Assembly: GCF_036321535.1 (NCBI RefSeq)
Contig: NC_087437.1
Span: 70,062,001 to 70,126,000 of the forward strand
Direction: 5' to 3'
DNA from: Camelus dromedarius
Lineage: Eukaryota
DNA length: 64,000 nt
Position 1 is the stretch's first letter. Each line of letters begins with the position of its first letter. Shown in pieces: positions 39,157 through 52,900 of the stretch. The position numbers and the translations under genes are program-made. Below the pieces are notes generated by a model that had not been told where the DNA came from, did not search any database, and saw nothing but the letters and a program-made list of their open reading frames with translations.

Positions 39157-42009
39157 CTTTCCAGTAGACTTTTCTTTCATCTTTACTATGAAGAATTATA
39201 CCATGACCCATCCCCAAACTGCAAAGGTGGTACGGAGCAGAGACGGAAGACAGCTGAAGACTTACTTCCTAGCATTCAATCAATAGATAATGGCTAAAAC
39301 TGAAAACTGGAAAGAAAAAAAAAAGCAGCAATTTAGGTACATTAGAGATATAGAGGTATATTTCAAGGGAAAGTGTTGAATTTCCTGGCAAAGCAGGAAA
39401 GTTGCTCTATTTTTTTTAAGTCATATATTCTTTGACTCCTTAAATAAAGTTCATGTTTTAACTGTGATTACAAATAATTAAATTCAAAAATTGTCTGTGG
39501 AAATTAACAGACACTGTGAAACTTACATAATTTATATACTTTATGCCTTCAGATGCCATTGGTGGTCCTCGATTTGTCTGAGATTAGGTTAAAAAGGGCA
39601 GAGTCAGAGAATGCCTCTGGAGTATAGTACCTAGCCATAGTTCAGAGTCAGAGATGCTTAAGAAAGGAATTGAAAGGGAAGAAAAGAGAGTTGAGGGAAG
39701 AAATCTCTGATTAGCACCACCACCCTCACCAGCTCTCCCTCTGATGCAGTGGAAAGGTGTCCAAACACAGCAAAACCAGCCTGGAGCTTTCAATTTAGAA
39801 ACTTCACTACGAGATATTTTTTAACACATTTACAATAAAGACAAAAAGGGAAGCCTTTGGACTTAGTTTTCTTTCTGTGCTTGATTCCAGGTGGATGAAA
39901 TTAAATAATGGTATAATGCTAGAGTCTTAAATATCATGGTTGTGATGGGCACATAAAGAAATCCCCTGATGAACACTTATTGTGCCAGGTAACAAAACAG
40001 CAAACCATCATCCATACAAGATTTTCATTACTTAGTCTTCAAATGCTGCTACATTTAGTAACTCCTTAGTAAACAGTAAATTAAAAGTGGAAAAAATGAC
40101 AGTTCTCTTCAGCAAAAAGAAAAGAGTCAATAAATTTCTGAACTAAATATGCTGGAATACCCCTTAATACAATGACATGTTACTTTCCACCTTTGTGTCC
40201 CTAGTGCTTACTATGATGCCTTGTATGTAGGAGGTGGTTTATAAATTATTGTTGAACTGGATTAACTGTATTGAATAGTGGAATTTATTTGGCATGTTTC
40301 CCAGTTATTTTATCTCCTGTTTATCCCTGCCTTTATTTATTCCTTACACTTGTGTGTAGACTGGCAAGTTTTCTATATTCTCTATTGTGGACCTCAGTAA
40401 TGAGGAAAAGGAGAAAAGAAAAAGAAGAGGCAGGATGAAGGCAGAAGGGAGAAAGATGGGATGGGAGAGAGGGAAAGGAGAATGGGGGCTGAAGAGGAGG
40501 AAAGGAAAGGGAATAGAAGCTTTGAATGGGATCCCTGAGGAAGAACTAGTAGAGAATGGACTGAGGATGATTAAATTTGCTCTCTCAACATTCTTCATTA
40601 AAACACACTAGTTCATTCCACTTCTACAATGTCTCATCTTCAAATGTCCCTGTCCTCTTTATATTCATTTAAAAATTTTTCCCCATTTGTGTAAGAGTCT
40701 ATCTAAAAAAAATCTAAACACAATTGTATTCTTTAAATGTCAGTATCTTCACCACTTAATGTCTTTCATTATTTTCACATACTTAATACAAAATTGATAT
40801 CAAGGCTGACTTAGGTGCCATGGGAAACAAGGTTTTATTTCCCAAGACTGACTAGTTAGAATGCTATCTTCAGCACAAGCTAAATATGACTCAGCAATGA
40901 AATGTTGTGAACGAAACTACTAGGCTTTAGAAGACTGAAACATAGTATATCGGATTAGATTTGAATCTCCTTTCTGTGTTTAATATTTGTGAGTCTTCAG
41001 TGGGAGAAATGTTCAAAATTTAGTGCTACAAGTGTGATAAGGGATCCTTGAAGAAATTCAAGATGACAGAAACAAAAATGATTCCAGATTAGAGGAATGA
41101 GTACCAGTATGAAACCCCAAAGGAGCTGAGATTATGTCTTACAGAAAAAAATGTTGGAACATTTGGTTAATTTTGGAGATATTTACTGGATGATGTAGGA
41201 CTGATAGTGAGTGGTTATTTTCTATTCCCATTAAGGAAAGAACAGGTGCAAATAAGCATTAGTATCAACCAAAATGATATAAATTTGGAAAAAAATCTCT
41301 TAACTCAAAGGTTAGTGAAACCCTAGACAATATTACAATACCAAACCCTCCAGAAGACCTTCTGGGGAATTCTACCATAAATATCCAAGGAAACAAACTT
41401 ATTTTGGGGTCACAGTCCTATTTCATACTCTATAGCCTGTGAGATAGTGTGTTAGCATATGGCTTTTTTATTAACCATGCTATATAAAAAGTCTGCCTTC
41501 CTCTAGGGTGAGGAATATCACATAGGTAAACTAGCCATGGCATCCAGGCAACTCATTGCAACTCAAAGCATAATTCAGAACAGCGAATTTTATAAATCTA
41601 ACCTCTTTCATTCTCAGGCTAGTTAGCTAGTTAGCCAAATCTTTGTCCGAGTTCTCAGGGATACTGCACCTTGTTATACTCTACATATAATTCCAGCTCA
41701 GTGACAAATGAGCCCTAAGGTATATGTTCCCCTGAGTTACATACCCCAAAATCTTTCGAATCAATTTTCTTAAATTGTCCACCGCTGTCATTATCTTCCT
41801 ACTTACCCATACGGATTATTTTCCTTGTCATTCACTCTTTTTCTTTAGTGTATCATTGCTGGTCAGGCTCATTATAAAATTTGTATTTTAGAATCCTAAA
41901 TTTTTATCACTATATTTTAGCTAACTCAATGAACAGAAGAGCAATTCACAACTAATGGGGAAGTAATAAAAATCCATCAGAGTGACTGTTATTCTCAAGT
42001 CTTCATATT

Positions 42010-43065
42010 TGGCTCAATTTTATCTCACTTAGGCCTTCATGTTAGGTTCTATGACTTTAATTATTACTTATTCACTGATAATTCTCAAATCTGCATCTTC
42101 AATTTACACTTATCTCCTGAGTTCCTGATTTAAACATCCAACTGAATATTTCAACTTATACTGCATCTCAAATCCAACTTGTCCAAATTTGAATGATTCA
42201 TCTCCATCCTCTCCTCCATTATTTGTTTCACCTTCTGGGTTTTCTACCTAAGTGAATAGCAGGGACTTCTCTATCCAACTCTCTAATTCATAAACTTGGT
42301 GGTCATCTTGAATTCCTTATTACTCTTTGCCCACCTATATAAAAAAATCACCAAGTTCTATCAATTATACTTCCTTAATTGTTTTCAAATCATCCTCTTC
42401 TCCCTGTGCTCAGCATTATTATTCCAAATCATTACAATAGCCTTTCAGGATGCCCTGCTCCAGATTTATCCATATCTGCATCCATTTTCGTCCTGACACA
42501 TTTCATTCATTCGTTCATTAACTCATTCAACAAAAACTTCCCAGGGGCCTACTACGTGCCTAGCTCTGCTCTTTGTTCTGGACTCCTCCTTACATTCAGT
42601 GTGGTATCACTAAAATGCACATTTGATCATGTTATTCTCTTATTTAAAATCATTTAATTTCATCACAGTGCTCATTAAGTTCATCACATCTACTGAAGCA
42701 CCCATGTCATGGGCCCTGTGTACCATGTCACTCTCATTTCTTGCCATTCCCCTTACCTCGACTCCAAACTTTATTTTCCAGTGATCTTCAATGTTTAACA
42801 CACAATTGTTCTTCAAAACTCACTGCTGCTGGTGTTTTTTGCCTCTGAGAAGCTTTTTTGACCCTGTCCTACTGCTCTGACTTCTGCTTCTCTCCTATTT
42901 GCTCCCATACATTATGTAGTTACCTCTGACATAGCTAATACACAGCTATTTGTATTTTTCAGTTTCCATGTCTACAGGTCTCCCTAGACAGTGAGCTTAG
43001 GGGAACATGACTTACTTGTTTTAGCATATGTGGTAGGTGCTTAATAAATATTTGTTAATCGAATT
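42010..43065 (+). mobile_element. L2 LINE
   Basis: CTCAAATCTGCATCTTC...CATCTCAAATCCAACTTGTCCAAA...GTAGGTGCTTAATAAATATTTGTT tail. Confidence 0.7.
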
Positions 43066-45469
43066 TTTGGATAGTTAGAAAGATGTCTATGAAAGAATAC
43101 TGTGAATACGCATTCACTGTTTAAAAAGAAATATGCTATTTTCAGGGATATTTCGAGAGCAGTGGGATAAATGAGCAAAAGTAGATAAAGGAAGTGAAGC
43201 CATTTAAGATTATTCACCTAATTAAAAAGAAAGTCACAATTTTCTTGTGAAGGAAGTAGAAGAGAAAAGGAGAGGGCACTAAGCAAGTAATTTGTGCCAT
43301 TTTCACTGAAGTCTGAAGCAATCAGAAAATGCAAGCCATGGGTGTTGTAATAGCCTGAAGGAGCAATGGTACTGATGTTGTTATTGCTTCATATGTATTG
43401 AGAATGAAGGTGAGTGATTAAGTTATGAGGGAGAAGCAATAACTTCACCCAGGCTTTGATAGGTAGGGCTGGGTGCCCCCAGAAACCTGATTATAGTTTT
43501 CTGCTATATTAAGTTAGCAGTGCTGAGCATGGTGCACCTGTTTTCTACTTCTTGCCTTGCCTAACGGTTTGCTTTTTACATTCTGGAGACTGTCGTTCCA
43601 TAGAAACACCTGATTAAGAAAGCAACGAACAAAATTAGATAATGATACAGCATCCAAATGAGTCAGTAAGAATTCAACCAAACCACAGTCTAAACCTTAG
43701 GAAAATTGTTTGCAACGACCCATGTTTATGAGAAAATGGGGAAGGGTAGGACGCATAATGTAATCAGTGTTCAACGTGATTGTGTTGGTTCAGACAGGAA
43801 AATCTTACTAAGGGTGTCAGAAATTTCATCAAACTTGGCATGAAGTCAATCTACTGCTTTCTTTCTACTCCTCTGATTCTGTAGAACCATGACGCATGGA
43901 GCTGAAATAAGCCCCTGAGATATCCTGGACCAATTCTTTCATTTTATAGGTGAAGAAACCAAAGCCTAAAGATGTTAAGAAAGTGTTTACTTGAAAATTA
44001 CTTTGCCTGCTCTCCTTTGATGATCCAGATAAGCAAAAAATCATCTCTTTACATTTCAAATGCTCTAATTTTAGTTTAGGCAGTAAAGATAGCACATTTC
44101 ACAAAACCTCTCAGGTTAGGAATCACTGATTTCTCTGCTTACACCACAGTAGCTACATTTCCAAGCTGCCTGAAAGAAGAACATAGCTGAGATTAGTTTT
44201 AACAGCTGCATCATTGATTTCTGACCCTAATGTATTTTCTCTGGAAATTTCAGCTGTCTCTTAGAAGGTCTGCAAAGGGTATTACTCAGTTGTCTTGGAT
44301 ATTTTATTTCATGACTTTATTTCACTGTGACCTTCACAGATTCATATATTTATCTGACAAAGTCCTTTTTTTTCAGTTATTCTTTCCAAGTAACAAAGGC
44401 TAGCTAGGTTAAAACATTTAGAAGTAAAGACCCCCACAAAGACACAAAAAATTTACCAGATATATTCTACATACTGATTTGTACGTACACACACACACAG
44501 ATAGCCTCACTATTTAGTCTAGTGTTAATCTTTAATATATGTAAATATATGGTGATAATTACAGGAAATTAGACATGTTTTTCTTCTCTTAGGCTGTAGT
44601 GATATTCTTGCAGGTGACTGAGAAACAAAGGCTCTCTTTTTAATTTTTTTCTTTTTCAAAATATAACCCTGGGAAAAGGATCTAGGATAATACTTCTTTG
44701 ATTGGAGAGCCCAGGACATGAACTGTCTAGAGTTAGTGGGATATACAGAGTGCATCCTCACTAGCAAAGAGTTTTAGGGAGTCACTCAAGCAGGAAAGGA
44801 GATTTGGACTTCAAATTCTGCTGTCTGTCCAGGTAGTGTCCTTTTTGCTGAATCCAGAGAATTCTTGCCAATTTGGATACTCACAGTTTGTAGTGTGGAT
44901 TTCTGCCCAGGGAAGTTGGATGGCTGCCAAGTCTTGCTTCACAGAGAACTATCTTCACTCCTGAGAAGTTTTCTCTTAGTCATAAACCGCAAAAAATGAA
45001 GTTTGAAAGGAAGTTTTACATGAGGGGAAGTAGCCCTGCAAAGTTAAACATGGTGTGGGTAGGAGAGATGGCCTACCAGATGATTTTGAGAAGTACAGGC
45101 TGGGTCAACCCTAGAAAATCTTTGGGGAGAAGACAGGTACATTGGTGCAGAGAGTTGACGTTTACTTTGGTATCCTCCCAACTCTGCCATTATACTCATT
45201 CTTTATACCTTAATAAAAATAAATCAACAAAAGTTTATTAAGAATCAACCATATGTAAGATGTTGTGCTAGTACTGCATGTAGATCTAGAGGTATGAAAA
45301 TGACTCCCACACTCAGAGTTGGTTAGAAAAGACAAGAAGCCAAGGAAAGTAGAATGTGATAAAAACCAAAGGAATCCTACTTAATAAAGACATTTCAGAT
45401 GAAAGAGTCTATAAGAGATTATGTTTCAGGAAAAGAAGAATGTGACTTGAGCTAGAATTAAAAGATGGT

Positions 45470-45830
45470 GTGGTTAGACACCAGTTGCCACTCAGTATCT
45501 ATTTTCCTCTTCATCCTTAGTAAAAGAAATCTGATTCTATTTGTATGGAAACTAAGTCAAAAGATATTTCCAAGCATACTATACACCTGGTTGTAGCCAG
45601 GTGATTAGGCCAATGAGATGCAAGCAGAAGTGTTGTGTGGACAACCAGAAAGGCAACTTAAAAGGACATGAATCATGAAGCACCAGTTTTATATGTTCAC
45701 TTTTTTCTTCTTTCTCCAACCTGAAACTTGAATATGATAGCTGAGCTTAGCAGTCATTTTGAACCAAGAAGAAAACCTTGAGGACAGATAACTTTCTAAG
45801 CTGGTAGAGCAAAAGGGGCACAAGAATAAG
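45470..45830 (+). mobile_element. MaLR solo LTR (old MLT1)
   Basis: GGCCAATGAGATGCAAGCAGAAGTGTTGTGTGG...GCAGTCATTTTGAACCA. Confidence 0.6.
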
Positions 45831-47779
45831 TAGGGAATCTACAGTCTTTCAAACATAAAAGTCTAGACCTGGGGCTTCCAAAATTGTGGTGTTGACCAAT
45901 CATAAAAAAGTTTTCTCAAAATAGGAAAGGATATGCCTTTATATGTTTTTAATATAAAATTAGAAAAAAAATTAATCCTCTGTCATTATCTTGATTTCAT
46001 ATGAATAAATATTTTAACATTAAAAAATAAAATGTAATTTCATAATAACATATATTGAATGAATGAATTTAAAATTAAGAAAAATTCACATATTTTCCTT
46101 GTTAATTTATTTCAATCTGGACCATCAGCAATCCTTTGATATACCAGCAGAAGTTTATATACTAGGTTTTGGAAATTGTTGTCCATATTTTAGAAATTTT
46201 ATTTTAGAGTAGTATTTCCCCAAATTTGCCATTTAAAATGAATTTGAGTTGTAAATGAGATAATTTGGGGTGGCTTGTGAGAAGGTTTCACATCATGCCT
46301 GGAACAGGCAATTAATAGTATTGAATCAAATAGTGAAAAAGAATTATCATGTCTTTTTTTGTTTTCCTTTAGCTCTTGTGATTAGAGAGGAAGACTCAAC
46401 TTGGTACTAGTCGATCAGTGATCCAACACTAATTAATCTCCCATTTATTTAAGAGGTAGTGGATATCAATATCAGAGTCTGGAAAAATGCAGGCAAGAAT
46501 AATTAGTTACAATTTAATTAACATTGTTCCCATTACATTTATATTTCTAGTTACCTTCTTTTTATAGTGAAAAGTTTTCCACATTTAAATAGTGATAAAA
46601 ATTTCCCTTTTAAAGGAGATATACTTAAGGTTTAAGATTTTTAAAAGTCAATCTATACAAGAAAATATATTAAGTAGATAATCATATAGTGCTACTTGAA
46701 TATACCAAAACTCATGAAGATGTTACACAAACTGAGTAAATGGAAACTTAATAATGTGAGGGCCATAGAGTTACCTGATACATGGCTCTACCTCAGAAAC
46801 TTGGGCAACCAGTCAAAATGAAAAAGCCTGGTTTATCTAGAAGGTTTCGTCTCATCTTTGAGTTCTCTTTGGTATCTCTTTGGTTTTGCCTTTCCTGATT
46901 TCCATTGCCCTGATCTGGTTAACTTGACCCTAAATCTTGTCTAGTCTTTTATCTGAAACTCTAATCCACATTGCTGTAAACCTATGCCCAATCTAATCCT
47001 CCCTTGTTCAATCCTGGGCCGCTATCAGAACTGCTGCTGACTGAATTTACTCTACCTAATACATGGATTGTTTCCCATTCTGAGCCCCTATGGCCACGTT
47101 TACTAACATACTCCCTCCTCTTAGTGAACTCCTCCTCTATGCCAGGATTTATTGTCAGTCTAAAACCCCAGAAGTATAATCAGACTTCTACTCAAAATTC
47201 AAAAGGACAGGATATAATTAATACATTTTTCAGAAAAACTGAGAAAAAATTTTGTTTCCATATTCTGTGTTCTTACCGAACCAATCCAATTCAGCTCAGC
47301 TTAGTCATTAGCTGCACCATCCCACAAACTAGATATTTTCCTAAAATACTATCTAGTCAAAAAAAAATTGATTCCATGAAATAAAAGATCATTACAGCTT
47401 CCAGAAACAAAACAAAAATCTCCTTTTACAAGAGCCTAGAGAAATAGTCACCCTTCTATTCTAGTCTATGAAATCCATCAAAACTTCAAGTTTTCAAATA
47501 GATTTCCTTTCAACAGTCAATGTTCTTTTCTCCTTCAAGAGTACTGTTCTCTGACTCCAGAATCTCACCCTTATTTTTACTAGCTCTTAGGTAAATTTTG
47601 TGAAGGTGTCAGGCTGAAAGGATCCTTAAAATTTGTCTAATTAACCTCCTATGCAATGTTTAAACTCATTCTACTAAAAACTCTAGATGGAAATGGCTTT
47701 CACCTAAAAATGTGTTATGCCACTTGAAAGCCTTATAACATCTGTCGTTTTTCTAAAAGTGATAAGATTATACTGGGAT

Positions 47780-47960
47780 ATATGCATGCGCAGGCTGAGG
47801 CCTCTTTCAGTCTATCAGAGAGATGGATGGCCAGGTTCGGTGAGATACGTTATCTGTGGCAATGTAACCATTTTTTATTGTAGAACTAACTGACCCATAT
47901 AAAGATCAACTGATGACTTGGCCTCTTTATCACCCTGCACCAGCAGTCATCTGAACCAAA
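47780..47960 (-). mobile_element. Possible ancient tRNA-head SINE (MamSINE1-like)
   Basis: GATCAACTGATGACTTGGCCTCTTTATCACCCTGC resembles the reverse complement of a tRNA-derived head. Confidence 0.3.
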
Positions 47961-48299
47961 TACTAACAATTATAGTAGTAAAACAGTTATTTGGGAAAGA
48001 TAGATGCTCTGAAATTAAATTTTAAAAAGTCACATTAAGCTGAAAACATTTAAATTATTATAAAATTGTAAGGTTGAATTTTAATCAAACTGTTAAGTAT
48101 TTGGTTGTACCTCCTGGTTTCCATTCAAAAGAGAGTGGAAGGGTATTAACACTTAATAGATGCTGGTAATTATGACAGGCATTTTCATCTTATTTAAGTA
48201 TAACAATTTATGGAGATTCAGTGTTTGAAGTCATTTGCTCAAGGTCACACAGCTAGTAAGCAGTTGATCTGTGATTCAAAAATTTAATGAATGGATTAA

Positions 48300-48460
48300 A
48301 TGATGGATTCATGACATTATAGATTTGTCAAAACTCATGGACCTATATAATACAAAGAGTGAACCCTAATGTAAACTATAGACTCTAGCTAATAATAATG
48401 TATCAATATTGATTCATGAATTCCAATAAAAGTCACTGATTTTAAAAATAATTTAAAAAT
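48300..48460 (+). mobile_element. L1MC-type 3' fragment
   Basis: CATTATAGATTTGTCAAAACTCAT...GAGTGAACCCTAATGTAAACTATAGAC...AATGTATCAATATTG. Confidence 0.75.
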
Positions 48461-48961
48461 AAGTAAAAGCTTCATATATACATATTAAATTACCTAATCA
48501 TTCTCCCCTAAACTCACTCCAGTCAGGTTTTCCAGATTCCACTGCTCCACGGACACTGACCTCATCAAGGTCATCTCAGACCTCCATATCGGTAGGTGTA
48601 ACTCTCAGTCTTCATATTCCTAATTTATCAATAGCATTAGACACATCAGTCACAACCTCTTTGTTGAAACACTTCTTCACTTGGCTTCCGGGCTTCACAT
48701 TCACCTGGTTTTTCTCCTCTTCCTTGACCTCTCTTTTTCAACTCTTGCTGATTTCTTCTTTTCTCTCTGACCTCTTAACATCGGAGGGCCCCAGAATTTA
48801 GTCCTTTTGGCTTCCTCCCTTCTCTATCTACCTCACTTCCTTAGTGATTTTATTTAATTCAGTGACTTTCAATTTAGATTATGCTGGTGATTCTCAATGT
48901 TTTTATGTCTGGAGACTTGGTCTTTCCCTAAACTTTAGACTTACATAACTATTTAACATCT

Positions 48962-48999
48962 TGTATTAGTTAGGGCTCTCCAGAGTAACAGACCCAAAA

Positions 49000-49041
<42 letters not shown>

Positions 49042-49356
49042 ATTTATTACAAGGAATTGGAGGATTAGCTCATATGATCATGGAGGCTAGCAAATCCAAA
49101 TCTACAGTGTGGGCTGGTAGGCAGAGACCTGAGAGAGCCAATTGTGCAGATAAAGATGAAGTCTGAAAGCAGTTTGTCAGAGAATTCCCTCTTTCTGGGG
49201 GAAGCCAGTCTTTCTGTTTTATTCAGGCCTTCAACTGACTGGATAAAGCCCACCTACATTATGGAGGGTGATCTTCTTAATCCAAAGTTTACCAATTTAA
49301 ATGTTACTCTCATCCAAAAACACCCTCCATGTCAACACATACAATTAACCATCACA
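48962..49356 (-). mobile_element. MLT2 (ERVL) solo LTR containing (CA)n
   Basis: TGTATTAGTTAGGGCTCTCCAGAG...AATTAACCATCACA; flanks CATCT / CATGT give a 5-bp TSD with 1 mismatch. Confidence 0.9.
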
Positions 49357-49626
49357 CATGTTAAGCATAATTTGACCAAATCTGTTCCACTTGTTTTCTT
49401 TCCACAGCTCAGGTAATGAGAGCTCCATCCTTCCACTTGCTTCAGCCAAAAGCTGTGAAGTCATCTTTGGTTTGCCACTTCTTTTACACCTCGCATTCAG
49501 TTTTTCTTCTCTTCACCTCCATTGACACTACCCTGGCCGATGCTGTTATCATCTCGTACCAGGAGTACAGCAAGAGCATCTTACTCTTCCCTGGATGTTT
49601 CTCTTACCCCCCTCCTCAGTCTGCAT

Positions 49627-49791
49627 TACTGTTTCTCAAGCTGTATTGTGCATACAAATCATCTGGGGATCTTGTTAAAGACAGATTCTGATTTCGCAGA
49701 TGTGGGGTGGGCCTGAGAGTCTCTATTCCTAACATGCTCCAGGAGATGCCGATGTTCCTGGTTCACAGACAACACTCTGAATTAGCAGAAG
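49627..49791. mobile_element. MER5A1-like MITE
   Basis: TGTGCATACAAATCATCTGGGGATCTTGTTAAAGACAGATTCTGATT...GATGCCGATG. Confidence 0.8.
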
Positions 49792-51433
49792 TCAAAGTGA
49801 GACTATCAAAACATAAATGAAATCATGTTTCTATTCGGGCTCAAAATAATCCAATGTCTTCCCATTTCACTCAGTGTAAGAGCCATATTCCTTGTCGTGG
49901 CCAACAATCCTAAATGATCCAGACTCTCCTCTTCATCTCTTTCATCTACATCTACTACCACTGTCCCCCTTGCTCTTTCCACTTCAGCCACACTGGCCTC
50001 CTCAGTGTATCTCAAATAATACAGACAAGATCCTACCCCAGGCCTTTCCACTAGCTCCTCTCCCTGCCCAGAATTCTCTTCCCCAGCAACTCCCTCACCT
50101 ATAAGTCCTGGCTCAGTTGTCACATTATCAATGAGTCCTACTCTAATTACCCTACTTAGAACTGTACGCACCTTCCCAACCCCCCGGCATTTCCCTTTAT
50201 TTTTCTCCCAGGGTACCTTATCACCCTTACTATACTCTCTATCATAATTACTCATTCACTGCATTGTCCATCTCCCCTATCAAAGTATAGGCTCCTTGAA
50301 GACAAGGGTTTTTGACTATGTACTCACTATTGTATCTCTATCATTTGACAACAGTGCTTATGCATGGTAGATACTCAACAATCATCTGTTAAATAAATAA
50401 AGAATGAATACACGAATTCCAAAGTCCATGCTTGTTCCAGGATATCAGACTGTCTCTCCTCAAATCAAAAACTTAGCAGAACTTCAGAAGAAATAGATTC
50501 AAAAGCAAGTCCTCATATAAATTATATCTAAATTGAGAAATAAATACAATTTTGATTTAGAAAGACAAATGCAGGTAACGCTTATTAAATATACATAGCT
50601 AATACCACTAATGTATATAATGCAATACAATATAAACAGTGTGAACTTGCTCTCATTAAAACATATACTGCATACAAAAAGAGAGAGGAAGAAAAATCGT
50701 GTTAGCAGTGACGAGTCATGGTAATATGTACTCCTACATTTTTTAACTTTTAATAAAAATATAAATAAATTGGTAGTAAAGATTTTAATCTATGCTATAC
50801 AATTGTATTTTTGTTCTATAATATCAAAGTTTAAACAATTATAGTTTCATTTATTCTGTGCTAAAATAGAAATAAGCTGCTGCATTAACCCAGGGTCTTT
50901 GCTTCAAATCTCAGAAGCCATCTAGCGATTTCAAGCTGAAGATAAACTGATGAAAGAGAAAGATCACAGGATTCCCAGAAGCACACAGCCAGGAAATCAG
51001 GCTGAGGCTCAGCTCTTGGGATGCTTAGCTCTGAATAAGAGCCAGATCAATTGTTCAGTTCCCTGAATATGTGATCCACCCTTCACAGGGCACAAGCAGA
51101 CAGCACAGTTCTTTCAGCCCAGGGGACCCAGAAGGCCATCAGAGGAGCAGCTTCACCACTGCCCCCGACTCTCCATATCTCTCTACCACAATCCACCAGC
51201 CCTGCTAGCAACAGAGATTCTAAGCAGCACCCCCTTCTTAGGTCACATGCCTGTGGCAAGGGAGGTGGGAGAGGCATTTTGAACTCTTAAGATGCTATAG
51301 GAAATTACTAAAATGTATGAAAAGCACTAAAGAGTATTGAGCAACTACAGTTATGACAAAGGTCAACTCTGTGGGCTGAGTCTGACAAACTCAGCCCTCA
51401 GACTCTCAAACTATTAGGTCTCTGGGTTCAAAG

Positions 51434-51839
51434 CAGTGACATGCATGAAAATGTTTAATGACTAGCTCTCTGGGCAGAGAGACACACGATTCTGGGTGTT
51501 TGCCAATTTCCATGCAGTAAATACTTCCAACATGGCTGGCTTCTAGCTACCAACATGTCACTGAATTCAGGGTTTTAGATGCACAGCAGTACTTCATTCC
51601 AAAGTATTTCCACCATACAGATTTAATAGATATAAATCTGCTCAAGAGCAAAGCTAATAGTAAAATGCAGTAAAACAAGTTTGGAGTACTTATCATCTTA
51701 GTTTTAATATAATTTATTTAATTGAAACTTTATATAATTTAATTTTTAATGATGGATGTTTAACAACTGGTTCACAGGATTTCTGAAAGTTTAAGTACTG
51801 GATCTTATGAGCTGAACAGCTGACTCCAACACACCATGG
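51434..51839. mobile_element. MER63-like hAT-Blackjack element with 8-bp TSD
   Basis: CAGTG...AAATGTTTAA start and CTCCAACACACCATGG end; flanks GTTCAAAG (51426-51433) and GCTCAAAG (51840-51847). Confidence 0.8.
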
Positions 51840-52299
51840 GCTCAAAGTAGATGATTTTTTTCTTACATGGCTGGTACCTTCACAGTCTTGGACGTCAAAA
51901 GCTGTACAAGTTTGCTTTTTCTAATCTGAATTAGATAATCTCTTCATTGAAGTATTAAAATTCCTAATGTATTCTCTAACAAGGGAAATGGAATGCCCAT
52001 TATCTTCTTTGATTTCTTCCCATTGCCATTTGGCATCTGCCTTAATTTTGGGGTGCCTAATCTAGGGCTTCATCTTCAATGTTTGGCTTCAGAAGCTATC
52101 ATTCCATCACACTTCTGATGGCCAGTTTCTCTTTGCCTATTAAGGCCTGCACAAACCAGTTAAGTTTATCATTTTGGTTAACTGATTACTGCATTTAACC
52201 TTTCAAAATGCAACTGTTTGCATTCAAGCCATATATTGCTTGATTAGGGCCTTTTTCCCTCTTAGTATCCAGCTAACTTCTATTCATTCTCCAGGTCCC

Positions 52300-52900
52300 A
52301 GTTCAGACTTCAGTCATTCAAGGAACACTTCCTGGAGCCTCCCATGTTCTAATGAAACCAGGTTAGAGGTCCTTTCTATGTGTTCCCACAGAAACCCACA
52401 CTTACCTCTACCAAAATGCTCAAGAGATTGACTGTAATTTTTAGAGACTAATGTTTTCATTGTCCACTCTATAAGCACTTCAAGGGCAAGGAGACTGCCT
52501 TGTCTTTATATCCCCAGTACCCAGTTAGAACAGTACCAGGGATTCGGTAGACACTCAACTCATCCATCCATTCATTAGTTCATTCTTTCACTTACTCAAC
52601 ACATATTGAGCATCTGCTGAGTTCCAGATACTGTTCTGTGTGCTAAACATGTAACAGTGGGGGGAAATACCCTGCAATTATAGAGCCAACACTATAAAGC
52701 AGGTATACATAACATATAGTATGTTGGATTATAATAAGTATGTGCTATGGAGAAAAGGATTAAAATAATGAAAAGTATGGGGAATGCAAGGATAGACTGC
52801 AGGGTGGCAGTGATGGATTTTAAGAAGGTTCATCAGAGAAGAACACACTGGTAAGTTTATACTTTATCTAAAATCAGAAGGAGGTGAGGAGGCTAATATG
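52300..52900. mobile_element. Two L2 3' ends, tail to tail
   Basis: Plus tail GTAGACACTCAAC (~52550) abuts minus tail CATTCATT...CAACACATATTGAGCATCTGCTGAGTTCCAG. Confidence 0.65.

Larger units (their letters stand above)
48500..50410 (+). mobile_element. L2 LINE with nested MLT2 and MER5A1
   Basis: CACTCCAGTCAGGTTTTC...TCAAGGTCA...GAAACACTTCTTCACTTGGCTTCC...GCCACACTGGCCTCC...tail GTAGATACTCAACAATCATCTGTTAAATAAATAAAGAATGAAT. Confidence 0.85.

Noticed and set aside
40387..40611. Lys/Arg/Glu-rich ORF and its antisense
   Set aside because: Low-complexity purine tract.
49806..50255. 149-aa minus-strand ORF
   Set aside because: Antisense reading of an L2 remnant.
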